NCBI GenBank assembly: GCA_951406725.2
Contig: OX597815.1
Span: 19,468,001-19,532,000 of the forward strand
DNA: 64,000 bases
Direction: 5' to 3'
From: Octopus vulgaris
Taxonomy: Eukaryota
A model generated the notes under the pieces. That model searched no databases. It was not told where the DNA came from and worked only from the letters and a program-made list of their open reading frames with translations. Position 1 is the first letter of the stretch; each line of letters starts with the position of its first letter. Of the stretch, positions 1 through 13,374 are shown one piece after another. Made by a program: the position numbers and the translations under genes.

Positions 1-815
1 AGACTCCAGTGAGTGGAAAACTTGTGCCACCAGAAAAAAAAATATGGAGAGCTAAGAAGAAAACCTTTCTTTGCAGTGGAAGCTGGTGTCACTTAATCTG
101 ATAAAAAATAACAGCAGCCAAATTCCACTCTACGAGCATTAAGGCAACGGGTCATTCGAGAATGTCATATAAGATACTAGTGAGGGCGTGTGGCTTAGTG
201 GTTAGAGCATTCGGCTCATGATCGTAAGGTTGTGAGTTCGATTCCCGGCGACGCGTTATGTCCTTGAGCAAGACACTTTATTTCACGTTGCTCCAGTCCA
301 CTCAGCTGGCAAAAATGAGTTGTACTTGTATTTCAAAGGGTCAGCCTTGTCACTCTCTGTGTCACGCTGATTATCCCCGAGAACTACGTTAAGGGTACAC
401 GTGTCTGTGGAATGCTCAGCCATTTGCACGTTAATTTCACGAGCAAGCTGTTCCGTTGATCGTATCAGCTGGGACCCTCGTCGTCGTAACCGGCGGAGTC
501 TTTAATAAGATACTACCTTTTTTTATCACGTATACCTTTTTCACCATCAAAGGTTGTTGTAAAATTATATTTTCAACACACTCCACATATATAGATACGT
601 ATATTGTTTGTTAACTTTCATTTAAAATTCTTAAGACTCCAGTGAGTGGAAAACTTGTGCCACCAGATAAAAAAAATATGGAAAGCTAAGAAGAAAACCT
701 TTCTTTGCAGTGGAAGCTGGTGTCACTTAATCTGATAAAAATAACAGCAGCCAAATTCCACTCTACGAGCATTAAGGCAACGGGTCATTCGAGAATGTCA
801 TATAAGATACTACCT
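1..815 (+). repeat. Local direct duplication: 1-179 is repeated at 634-812; only the first copy carries a SINE
   Basis: agactccagtgagtggaaaacttgtgccaccag...gaatgtcatataagatacta occurs at 1 and at 634, nearly identical. Confidence 0.95.
180..504 (+). mobile_element. Full-length tRNA-derived SINE with 11-bp TSD
   Basis: A-box tggcttagtgg and B-box gagttcgattcc; ataagatacta flanks it at 169-179 and 505-515; 3' half is shared with the SINE at 57542-57862. Confidence 0.92.
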
Positions 816-1237
816 GCTTCTCCAAAATGGGGATGGTCTGTTTGCTATGAGTTGAACTGAAGTTTAAAAAACAGCAGAAATAAGAACAGCAAATATAATG
901 GAATTTGCATTATTCTGAAGATATTAAGATGTGTTTTTACTAAAACAGTAAATAAAAAGAAATTAGGTCGAAAAAAATTAATAATTACTAAAATCTTGAT
1001 AATCTTGATATAAACTGGATATACAGATTGCTATCTATAATGTAGATGGAAAGTTATGCTATATTTATGTACACGTTTAATTTTCTTATTTTAATCTAAA
1101 TATCTATGTAGATACCCTTACATTTTAGGGACATGTTAAACGGTATGGACTTTTATCTCGCTCACTAACCGGTTTAGTGTCAACAATTACACACACACGC
1201 ATACATACATACATGCATACATACATACATACATACA

Positions 1238-1270
<33 letters not shown>

Positions 1271-1316
1271 GTATGTGTGTGTGTGTTATATATATATGTA
1301 TATATGTGTCTATATA

Positions 1317-1350
<34 letters not shown>

Positions 1351-1371
1351 CGTATACATACACGCATATAT

Positions 1372-1431
<60 letters not shown>

Positions 1432-1607
1432 GTATGTATCTATGTAGGCATGTATGTATGTACAAGATGAAATACATATTCATCTCCTTTGTAATCTAAA
1501 AATTCATTAACGAAAATAAAATAGATGTCTGCATGATTTTATTTAACGTGTACTCACAACATTACATTGTTGCATGCTTAATCCTTTACTTACACACACA
1601 CACACAC

Positions 1608-1659
<52 letters not shown>

Positions 1660-2806
1660 TTACATGCATACATATACATACACTGAAACACACATATGCA
1701 CTGACACAGAAACACATATACACAAGTACAGATCAAGAACCAAGATCAAAATCTACTGATTAAAAGTTGTTTATGTGGGAACGCGTCCAGTCTTTTTCAT
1801 AATTCCATCTCATTACCCCTCTCTAAGTTTTCACCCTTCACTTACCCTCTTTCATATTATATGCAGTCTTTTCTTTAATTTCCACTGTTGTTTTTCATCA
1901 TAATTTAGTTTGTTTATAAAAAACCTTAAACTCATCTCTTCCAATCTCCTTAAATATAAACGTATAAATAACTATTATTTTTTTTTACTTTCCTGCCTTC
2001 ATACACTCCTCAATCCTTCTCTTTCACAACTTTTCCCAGCCCCACACAGTCACATATATGCATACAGTATAGAAGTGCATGTTGTCCTCTCTCATATTTA
2101 CAAATATTTTAACATGTGTACATGCAAGACAGAGAGTATTCGCTTTCTATTATAACTTAGTGTGGCCAGGAGGAAACATTATATATATAACATCTATATT
2201 ACTTACTTTTCTTACAAGAGTTTAATTATTCCAAGTTTATTGTAACATTCCCCTTTGATCATCATGTAATCAGAAATTCGAAGTAGATCGTTACAGCGTG
2301 GTGATATATCTGTTGTTTAATGTGTTCGATCAACTTACAAGACGGATAGCGACCGATGCTTGCTAAATATTCAAATATTTGCCTGTATGAAATATGTTCA
2401 TTAATTACCAGATATATTTGGAAGTGACTTTGATTCGTTCCAGTGAAGACTAATAAACTGAATTCACATTAGCACAACGTTTAAATTTGGGATATTTTAT
2501 TCATCTTCTTCTGCTACAAACCGCTTCGTATCTTAAACATCCAGAGAAAATTCAGATCCAGACTGACATAACAATAGATGCTTAGTAACATGAGGTCAGT
2601 CACATCAAATACTGACTATGGTTGCCTGAGTAAAATTTAAACAAACAAAAAAGCTCACAAGCAGAAAAAACATACATCCCACAGGATTAAATACCTGTGA
2701 GATTTAACTTATATCTTCCGACCCCCCACAAATCTCGGGTAAGTAAGTTTTCTATTTCATTCTAACAACATGATTCTTTATGTGGTTATTTAGAGATTTA
2801 ATATTT

Positions 2807-2973
2807 AATAAACTGCCTGCGTCAGTTGTTGACTGCCATGACACTGCATCCTTTAAGGCCCTCATGCTTTCCGAAATCCGCCGAAACTACACCTGATTAT
2901 ATATACACTTTAGATGAGTTGTAGTACACCTGAGCACTGTACACAATTATTATTATTATTATTATTATTATTA
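2807..2973 (+). mobile_element. 3' end of a CR1/L2-clade LINE (ORF2 C-terminus, 3'UTR, (TTA)n tail)
   Basis: Translates NKLPASVVDCHDTASFKALMLSEIRRNYT*, matching the CR1-type WNxLPxxVVxAxSxxSFKxxL motif, followed by a short UTR and a tta repeat tail. Confidence 0.65.
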
Positions 2974-3881
2974 CCGTTAATAGTCTCTTTATAAAAGTGC
3001 TGCAACGTGGGAGAGTCGTCCTCACAATTTATTAAACTTGCGATATATTTGTGTTTAATAAACGCCTAATTTAACGTATCTTCAATGCTGAATCGTGCAT
3101 GCGAGATCTGACGCTTCTTGGATATAAACTCAACTTCTATACAAAACTTCATGTTGAATATCATAAAAATTGAAACTTCATGTCGAATATCATAAAAAAC
3201 ACACAAAAATACATTTTTTTTTTTTTTTAGAATCGTTCATTTGAAATGTCTCTACTGAAATATACTGTTTGCTGTTTCTAAAAATAGCGTTTGTTTGCTA
3301 GTTTTATTTATTAATGTTTGTGTTAACTTACTCAACTCAATGTTTATTTAACTCAGTCAATGCTGACATGACCGAATCGAGTAAACCTAAGAATAAAGGT
3401 AATTCATTCGCGATTATCTATTTCGCAGTTTATTCAAGCATAGCATATCCAGTGTTGTTATGCAGTGTCTTTATGTATCCATTGTTTCCAAACACCGTCG
3501 CCAGTTTAACACCACCACCCGATCTTTTGGATGCATTTTGTGGGATTCACTTTCTTGGAAACATTTAGACCAGACCTCTAGCTTGAGAATAACTTCCTCT
3601 CTTTCCGTCGCCATTTTCGGAAGCCCTAACGTAAAAGGGCTTTGGTGCTATCGTTCCTTTCTCGACTTTAGTGTCAAACAAAACAGTGGGCGTTGTTAGA
3701 GATGAAGCTGCTATTTCTAGCAAGTCAAGAAACTACATCGAGATTCCCTCTCTGACACATCATAGTTGCTGTTTTAGAATATCGAATATATTTACAATAA
3801 TGTTACCATTTGATATAATATTCCCTATCTAGTCAACTTACTACTAAATATTTTTACGTCAATATTTTCGCCTCCAGTACA

Positions 3882-3932
<51 letters not shown>

Positions 3933-3933
<1 letters not shown>

Positions 3934-4123
3934 GTTTAAATATTTGTTGTGCAAGATTTTTTATGTGAAGTCGTGTGTTGAAACAGATATTGTTATATTT
4001 CGGAATGGTCATAAGATTAAGATTAATGTAAGAAATAAATAACACTGAAGCAAAATAACACCAAATATATAGTGAGTGTGTTTTTATTGGCTAAATTGGC
4101 AATATGACCATTCCGAAATATAG

Positions 4124-4129
<6 letters not shown>
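3933..4129. mobile_element. Microsatellite-flanked element with terminal inverted copy (probable Penelope-like remnant)
   Basis: atattgttatatttcggaatggtcata (3987-4013) is inverted at 4103-4129; (TA)n on both sides. Confidence 0.5.
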
Positions 4130-4175
<46 letters not shown>

Positions 4176-5099
4176 GGAAACGTCTCACAAGAACTGGAAT
4201 GAATTTTGTTTCTTTGACCTGACGCAAAATTATTCCAATATAATAATATTAATTTACATTTTATTTTTTCTAAGACAAGGTTGTTCTCTCTGAGATACAT
4301 GAACAGGCCCGAAATGAGATATGCCTTTCCTTCAACGGAATAACAAATTCAAACTCGCTAATTTCATTATTTAAATTTAGAAAGATCTGTACAAATTAAC
4401 GTTCGACTTAATAAATTAACGGATAAGTGACTGGTAGTTCCTGTAAATCTCAGAGCGAAGCAAATTTCTAACCAGACCCGATTTTGGAATGAAAGACAGT
4501 CCACCTTAACACTAATGTTGAAATATCATATCATTAGATTTATAAATATACAGTATTATAAGGGTGGTAAATATCACTTGACAGAAATGATACTTTAAGG
4601 TGGGATCAGTAGAGCAACAATAAAATTCCCTGGAGGTGTTTGATTAGTTCCCTCCATATTCTGAATCGATATCTTGCGGAGCTTGACTCCTACTAGTTTC
4701 GATAAAATATAGTATTTTGTTCAATATAATTTATCATATTGTCACTCAAAATGTGCAAATCTTAGCAATTATAGTTATAGAGTGTTATTTAGTGGTTTTA
4801 TAGTGTAATTTTTCACCAAATTACATAGCCGCTTATCCAATGTAACCTACACTAAAGTAGTAAATTTACGTAGTTGAGCAACTTGCTAGAAACATCAGTA
4901 AAATTTATTTCAATTCTCGCCCTACAACCCTAACTTAACACAGAAACATTGCACGATGTACACATAAACACACTATTACTGATGAAAAGAAGACCATTAG
5001 AAAATAACTTTTACCTTGGTAGACATGAATAAAACAATGTCAACGATGAATGGGCAAAATCGATTTAGATTCAGCGCCTTACACTCTCGGTCACCAACT

Positions 5100-5620
5100 T
5101 CTGAATCACAAATTCCCTCTCTTTCCATTCTATATCCTCTCTCGTCTCTTTCTACTGCTATTTGAGTATCCTATGCAACTCGGTGCCGGCTAGTCTAGTT
5201 CCACTTATATTCAAGTCATACCAACTCACTCATCCTCTCGTCACCCGTAATGGGCCTAAATGACACCTTTCAAGATCTCGCAGTAAATATCCGGTCCGTC
5301 TCCTCATGTAGTTACCCTTATGGAAATTCCTCTCATCTGATGTTGTTTTCACTGTAGCTGTCAAATTTCGATTTTTCAACAGGATCATAACTATATCCAT
5401 CTCATCAATTTTGGTTGACCCACAAAGTATAAATCAAGCACTAAAAATGTCCCAATGACGCCTACTTTGCATTTAAATCTACCGGGTACAACAAAATAAA
5501 ATACTCTGATCAATATAATATTTCTATAATACGTCCTAGGTACAAAAACCAAATTTCTTCCTAGTTGGTTCTGACATTTCCATGTCCTCTTAAACCGGTT
5601 AGTTTCATACCGTAATTATT
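5100..5620 (-). mobile_element. Decayed CR1-like LINE endonuclease/linker fragment
   Basis: Minus-strand peptides LDLYFVGQPKLM (cf. LDLxxTNxPxLI) and RNFHKGNY (cf. RNFxKANY), with many stops. Boundaries approximate. Confidence 0.45.
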
Positions 5621-6509
5621 CCTGTTCAACTTTAGTATGTGACCACGTATAGGAAAGACTTGATTAGGGTGGGAATTTTAGCGTGGCGTTATCTGGGAAG
5701 AGAAACTGAGGCTAGTAGTTACTATGGATCCTGGGGATTGGACACAACGCGGAGAGTGAGTCAGAAATTTCTGAATGGAAATTACACTAGCCCAGCCATC
5801 TCTGGGCTATTAGTGGCAGAAAAGACAAAAGGAGGAGACAGCATGCTTGTAGACGAACGCCTGGAGCTGTCAACGAGTAAATTTATGACACTCAGTTGGG
5901 TATCCCTTTTCTACTGGCGCTCTTAGCGAAGTCTGTGTATACAGCGACAGTGCCGTCCTATATGCCAGTGCAATACTTAGTTGTAGGCTTCGTCTGAGCT
6001 TTGAAAAGAATTAGTAACTGTTGGAGAATGAAGTATCTTCTGGTCCTGAACAGAATTTTCAGTTGTTGTGATGCGTTCCTAACATGTTAAAGACGTACTT
6101 TCGCCAAGTTATATTCTGAATAGCGCTGCTATTAACAATATATATATATATATGCATGATGATGAATACACGATGGGAAGGTTACTCAATGTAGGCTTTA
6201 AGAGTAAATTTATTCATTTCACAGAATGTTATAAACGCGATCGTTAAGGAACTCGGAGTGACAACGAAGTCAATCATCATATTCGAATGAATATATATGT
6301 ATATGTTTGAGTTGTTAGCATGTCTAAATACAGCTGTATCTTTGTATATATTTATGTATATATGTAAATATATGGAGAGAGAAGACTTATAATCTATGTT
6401 TGTTGTTACTAAATACTTATGAATATAAAAAAGCAACTACCATATTATCTACATGTATATATATACATGTATGTGTGTGTATGTATATGTATGTATATCT
6501 ATATGTGTG

Positions 6510-6590
<81 letters not shown>

Positions 6591-7668
6591 GTACATATTC
6601 ACACACATATACGTATATATACACACACATATGCACATACAATATGTTATGTTTCCTTTCAACACATCTCTTAAGGGAAATTTAAACATAGTTTTGGATG
6701 CATAACAAATGAAATAAATCTAAAAATTATAGATATTTTGATTTTCTATCTTTTCTTTTTGTTTTTCTAAAGTAAAAGTTCGTTGACATAGCCGAATGAT
6801 GCACTTTCCAGTTCTTTGATTTTAAATAAGCTAGGCCGTATAAGATAAAAATTGAATTTAAATGTTTTGCACGTTTGCAAAAGAGAGTAATGGTGTTGTC
6901 TCAATATTGCTTGTGGCTGTTAATTATCGATTTATGATTGGATTATGAAAGTACAGTCCTTTAGTCTCCGATATTACACAAATTCATACATATATGCATA
7001 TATCTGACTATGTTTATCTTTAAACCCATATGCAAATTCTCTATATATATGTGTGTGCATATGTGTATACACTTACATACATACATACATACGTACATAC
7101 ATATATATATATATGTATATGTATATATATGCATATGTTTGTAAATATCAAAATATACATAAATGCATATTTATATCCGTTCGCGCTCATGTCTATCCAT
7201 ATATTTATATATAATTATATCTGAAACAGATATAAAGAATGATATATAAGTTCTGTACGGTATCTAGAAAAAGGCAAAAACACAACCGTTACTATATTAT
7301 AGAAAGACAAGTCAAGCCACAAATATTGTTTAATTTCTCATTAGTTTTACTGCGAATTGTTCGAACAACAGTCAAAGAAATATGTTTATTGACTTACAAT
7401 CACTATGTATACAATAATATATTTGGGACAAACACGTATAAATATATTATATCAATAATATACTGTACTACATCTAAAATATATATTCTATTAAATACTC
7501 ATATTATGTTCGTTCAGGTAATAAAGTAATATTTCTTTGTAAAATGAATATGTTAACTCTAAGACATCTTACGAGCACTTCTTCGAACGTTTGCACACGG
7601 AAAATGCATAGACATTTGTCATGTGTCCAAATATAACGTGTCTCTTTAAGAGACATATATATATATAC

Positions 7669-7756
<88 letters not shown>

Positions 7757-8238
7757 CTTCACTGGATTTCCATGGCCATTCAATGTATAAATAACGGTTT
7801 TGGATTTTTATAATTAAATATTACTGTGTAAAAAAAAATTAAATACTGTAAAATTACAACCAATTTACTGTACCTAAAATTTAACAGCAAAATCATATAT
7901 GGACCCCAAAGTGTCGTATATAAGTGTCATATAACGCCTGTTGAGGGAAACTGTTTCAGAGTATGTCATTTATAATTCAAACATAATTGCCGAGTTGTTA
8001 CAGAAAATAAGGGATTAGGAAGTTATGCATAAATTCTCTCAAAGCTGCTTCTCATTGACCATAGTTTTCCATATAAAAGCCAACTATTCCACCTCCAGAG
8101 AGAAATAATTAAGTAAAATGCATAGTAAAATACCTTAGCAGTTACCAGTTCCATCGTCGAAGAGATATAATAAGTATTACGTTAAGTCATTAGCCGCAAA
8201 TTTACACACACACTCACTCACACACGCACACACACACA

Positions 8239-8321
<83 letters not shown>

Positions 8322-8322
<1 letters not shown>

Positions 8323-9045
8323 AGTAATTTTAGAGACAGAACCACCTTCAACTCAATCAATACTGAAAGATTTTATACTCGACCACTCCATAAATTGTTA
8401 AAAATTAAATCTTATAATAACTATATCTATTCTGAATCCTGTATTTTCCGTTTATAATACTACACGTGTTTCATGAAAGTACGTCGATATTGATTAGATA
8501 CGAGGTATTTAGTTTCAATACTTACTTGGGTCGACGTACTCCCAATCTTCAGGTGTGGATTCCTCAGCATTTTTCACTACCCCTACCTCTTATATATTTA
8601 TATACTTTTTAATATTCAGTCATTATCATTGTTTATTATTTATTATTGGTATTTCTATTCATTTGTACATGTTGAGTAATATTATATTGAAGATATAGCG
8701 TATCATGGAAGTATCATGGTAGTGGAAAATGTTGAGGAATCCAGACCTGAAGATTGGAAGTATGTTGACCCGAGTAAGTATTGAAACTAGATACCTCGTA
8801 TCTAATCAATACCGATGTACTTTCAGGAAACATGTAGTGTTATAAACGGAAAATACAGGATTCAGAATAGATATAGTTAGTATAAGATTTAATTTTTAAC
8901 GTTTTTCAGTGTTGATTGAGTTGAAGGTGGTTCTGTCTATCAAATTACTTTATATATACGAATTAAACATTGAGAGATGTTCATTTTAGCACATCTAATT
9001 TGAATGTCTTTTTCCTGTGTATTCGGAAATAATATTCCCTAATAA
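8322..9045 (+). mobile_element. Penelope-like terminal-repeat element with an inverted 5' copy
   Basis: 8322-8581 is the reverse complement of 8718-8950; the + arm continues to about 9045; contains CTGAAGA...GAAA-hairpin; a third copy lies at 26977-27310. Confidence 0.6.
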
Positions 9046-9592
9046 TTATAATAATATAATATAAGATAAAAATATATATACTCCATAACCGTACATAAGT
9101 ATCCACACGAAAATGTATTTCTATCATGCTAGACAGAACATCAAAATTGCCCTCAGCATTATATATGCATGTGGTTTAGAAGACTACACACATATACATG
9201 CAGAGGTAGAAACACGAAATTATAAATATGTAATATATGCACGCACATATATAAAGTATAGATATATGTATATATATAAGTAAACACACGCACATACACA
9301 TATAAGTGTATGTGTGTGTGCGTGCGCGTTATATATTGTATACTACTGAGTGTATATGTCCCTGCATAAAATATGAGTATGCACATGTGAACTGACATAT
9401 ATTCTGCGGCACATATTTGTGTTTCTGCACATGCATGTGCGTTTTTGTAAACATGGACTTCTACATGGAACTCTTTATAAGGATGCGTATTTGTGTGTGT
9501 ATATGTGCGTGTGTGTACATGTGTGTGTGTGTGCGCGCGTGCATGCGTGCGTGCGGGTGCTGCACAAGAGTTGGTCTCTCTAAGCTGCTTAC

Positions 9593-9601
9593 CTGCTACG
9601 C
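9593..9601 (-). CDS. Candidate 9-nt microexon (host gene unknown)
   Basis: Minus strand reads ccttccctactgcttttttccccacag|GCGTAGCAG|gtaagc: strong acceptor, CAG|GTAAG donor, frame-preserving length, TGC in the pyrimidine tract. Confidence 0.35.
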
Positions 9602-9684
9602 CTGTGGGGAAAAAAGCAGTAGGGAAGGACCATAAATACTCTCAGCTTCTCGATAGAGAACATCATGTCCCACCGTAGGCAATG

Positions 9685-9910
9685 CCATCATCATCATCAT
9701 CATCAGCAGTATCAATATCTTCGTCATCAATAACACCTCCATTAATATCATCCCCGCCTTCTTCTCTAACATCAGTTTCATGCTCCAACTCATTTATCAT
9801 CATCATCATCATCACTGCCAACACCACCATTATCATCAATCTCACTTTATGTATATCATCCTCACCATCATCAGCTTCAAAATCCTCCGTCTCATTATCA
9901 TCATCACCAT
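9685..9910. repeat. Degenerate (CAT)n low-complexity tract
   Basis: Imperfect catcatcat runs that generate spurious poly-D/S/M/I ORFs. Confidence 0.8.
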
Positions 9911-10631
9911 AGCCAGCATCAAAACTACCCAAGCTTTTATTTAGTTATCTTTATAAAAGTGTATGTATGTATGTATGTATGTATGTATGTATGTATTCAT
10001 GTATGCATGTTTATACGTGCATGTTATGTGTGTTGTGTGCGCATACGCGTGTTTAAGTATTTATCAGCGATAGGGGCCACATCTTCATATTCTTATGAAG
10101 GCATATTACCAAAGCTAGTTGCATTATTTATATCTTGCAACATACAAACACATATGTGTATTGTGTGTTTGAGGGTACGTCCGTCTGTAGGTATATATTA
10201 CTGCACACAAACGTGTACGCACGAATGTTCAGTTGTGTGCGTGTGTTTCAGGCGAATCTATGGATAGACAACTGAAAAGTTTCTAAGATGCCGACAAACC
10301 GGTTTCGAAGACCAACAGTTGTCTATTTATGCCTGTGGATTCCTTCCACATCACCCATGTTATTCGAGAAAAATCGGTAATAGTGCTCGGTAAACAATGT
10401 CGCTGCAAGAGTGGCCTACAGCAAACAGGAGCAAGAAGGGATGTTACGTCCAACACTAATAGAAGAGTTATTTATTTTGTTTTTATTATATTATGAATTA
10501 CTTAATCTTACCTGTGTTTCGCTGATTAATACATGTACGTTTGACTGACTAATACATTCCATAATCGTTATGTGTTTTCACATTGTGAAACGACCTTTGT
10601 TCATACATAATGTTGAACTAAATTACAATAT

Positions 10632-10904
10632 TTTTCTGAAGATCTGAAAAGCAACTTCACATGTTCTTCGGAGAACCCGATATACGCACTAACCTGCTCT
10701 GGGTGTCAAGAGCAATACAAAGGCAAACAAAAAAACGGTCTACGTAAAAGAATGGCTGAACACAGATCCCAGATCGAAATTCCCCAAAGCAGAAAAATAG
10801 CATTCAGCCAGCACATAGACATTTGGGCCAATAACAAAATCGAAGCTGTAGCCAACGAATTAGTACAGAGACTATCTTTATTACAATATACAGACATTAT
10901 TTGA
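10632..10904 (+). mobile_element. Penelope-like retroelement GIY-YIG endonuclease fragment
   Basis: Open frame FSEDLKSNFTCSSENPIYALTCSGCQEQYKGKQKNGLRKRMAEHRSQIEIPQSRKIAFSQHIDIW matches the PLE pattern FxCxSxNxIYxxxCxxCxxxY(I)GxTxxxLxxRMxxHR...SxH. Not in the ORF track because it has no upstream start. Confidence 0.85.
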
Positions 10905-11701
10905 ACGCGTGTACAACAGACGACATATTCACCACGGCCTTAGAATAACACAAACACACACGCAAATATTAAAAATGATACATCGAAGAGATACCCACGA
11001 ATTCATTAAAAAGAAAACAGTCCCAATCACTGCTATAATTCACAACGAACCACTTTACCGCTATTGCTGTTTAGATATAGACAAAACATTCAAAAGAGAT
11101 GTTTCGGGAATTCAATCACTACTACCATCCACAACGGGTCACTTTCATGTCACTTGACCATTTAACATACTACTATCATGACACTCCCTGTCCTCTTGTC
11201 TTCAATCTGTTATACGTTAAAGGGAATATTAACTGGATGAAATTCACATGCCTTGAAGGGCCTGCAAAGTTATGAGCATTCCTCTAGATCTAACAATTAA
11301 AATGAGTATACGTTGGATAACGTAGTTCTTGTTACATGTACGGGTGTATGTATTGTGTATGTAAGTGTAGGGGTTTCATCTTCATATTCCAAATTAGGCA
11401 TTACACATAAATTTCTAAAAAAATAGAGGGGATGATTGTAACTGACAGCGTGACACGCGCCTCAAAACTAAACAATAAATAGAATGATATTTCTTCCAGG
11501 AAATACGGAACAAGCAATAGCAATGTAGCATTTATATGAACTCACTTTTAATTGATTCTCTGACACCTAATTGGGAAACGGATGCATGTCGCAACGCTAT
11601 GACTCATTAATTTAATTCAAACTAGACACAAGACGAATACCGATGTTGTGTTATTTGTAGGACTTTAATAACACAGCAACAACAACAACAGCAGCAGCAG
11701 C

Positions 11702-11755
<54 letters not shown>

Positions 11756-11819
11756 TTTGGTTGTAGTCTTAGTTTTAGTTTTTGTAGTAATAGTAGTAGT
11801 AGTAGTAGTTGTTGTAGTT

Positions 11820-11865
<46 letters not shown>

Positions 11866-11873
11866 ATGTTGTT

Positions 11874-11929
<56 letters not shown>
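11702..11929. repeat. (GTA)n trinucleotide microsatellite
   Basis: About 230 bp of mostly perfect gta repeats, giving poly-V/poly-T ORF artefacts. Confidence 0.97.
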
Positions 11930-12725
11930 CACATATAACGTTACTGCTATTCTGCCCTCAGTCGGCGCCGTAGGCGAAACAGTCGGTTTTGCAGCATATA
12001 CATGCAATATCTGCAGTGGTTGCTCTCTTAGTCATGAGTACCTTGACGAAGAGGTTGCCAGCTTAGACTCTGTTTCAGGGAATACATACTGCCTCCCACC
12101 TTTGTCTAACTTCTTATCCTTTCCTCCTTTTTCAATCACTCAGCTCACTCCGTCCACCCCTCTCACTATCTTTCTCTCTCTCTCTCTACATATATATATA
12201 TATACTTTTCACTCTTTCTCTCGTCCTCTCACACTCCATCTTTCTCCATTTATCACAATAACACCGTCTACATTCCTCCATCTCACAGTCTCACCTTTTT
12301 TTCTTCATCTCTCTCCAAACCCCCTTACTCACTATCTCCTCCTTTCTCTGTCTTCCATGCACACATGCGCGCGCACAAACACACAGACACACACACAGAC
12401 ATGCACACTTTTTGCAATCATCCTTACTCCTTTCTTCTCCCTCGTACCATTCCACTCTGATCGATTTGTAAGTGGAGAAATTGATGTTGCAAGAGGAGCC
12501 GGCATACATGACAGGGAATCTATTTCCCCACTGTTTCTTTCAGATGCCTTACATTAACAACCATCAAGCAGAGATATTCGTCTGCTGTTTGTTTCGTTCT
12601 TATAATTGTTTTGCTTGCTTGTTTGTTTTTTTTTAGTGGGAGGGGGAGCAACTCTTCTCTACCCTCGGCTTGTTACCACATTTTGTCATTTTTCTTCGTT
12701 GCTGTCTCCTCCATCTCTCTACACC

Positions 12726-12763
<38 letters not shown>

Positions 12764-12851
12764 TTCTCTATCTATCTCTCTCTCTCTCTCTTTGTCTGTA
12801 TAGAGACACAAACGCACATACGCACACACATACACACATACATACACCAAG

Positions 12852-12882
<31 letters not shown>

Positions 12883-12999
12883 CATATATTTACATGTGTG
12901 TGTGTGTGTTGGTATATATATATATATATATAAATATATATATACATATATAGACAGGGACACATACAGAGAGATTGATTGATACACAGACAAATGGAA

Positions 13000-13064
<65 letters not shown>

Positions 13065-13093
13065 CATATATATGTGTGTGTGTGTGTGTGTGT

Positions 13094-13352
13094 GAAGGCA
13101 CATGGCTAAGTGGTCAGAGCGTCGAGCCCACAATCTTGAGGTAATGAGGTCGATACCCGGACCGGGTTGTGTCTTGAGCAAGACGCTTTATTTCACGTTG
13201 CTCCGGAAATGACGTCATTGGTGCCAGGATGTATCGGTCGTTGCCTTTCCCTTGGATAACATCCTTGGCGTGGAGAGAAGATTCTGGTATACATGACTGA
13301 CTGGTGGTCTTCCATAAACAATTTTGCCCGGACTTGTGCTTCGGAGGGAACA
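13094..13352 (+). mobile_element. tRNA-derived SINE (head related to the 180 element, different tail)
   Basis: tggctaagtgg A-box, ggtcgatacc B-box-like; cttgagcaagac.ctttatttcacgttgctcc is shared with the 180 SINE. Confidence 0.8.
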
Positions 13353-13374
13353 GTTTGGCTTCATGACATGTTTT

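Noticed and set aside
180-250. tRNA-like sequences here and at 13094, 17295, 18726 and 56634
   Set aside because: They are SINE heads: they continue into shared repeat bodies, several with TSDs, and lack a complete acceptor stem.
9663-9932. Acidic Asp-rich minus-strand ORF
   Set aside because: Derived from a degenerate (CAT)n tract; no convincing splice or start context.
11757-12557. Longest ORF (266 aa)
   Set aside because: Poly-Val from (GTA)n plus CT-rich low complexity; no domain signal.
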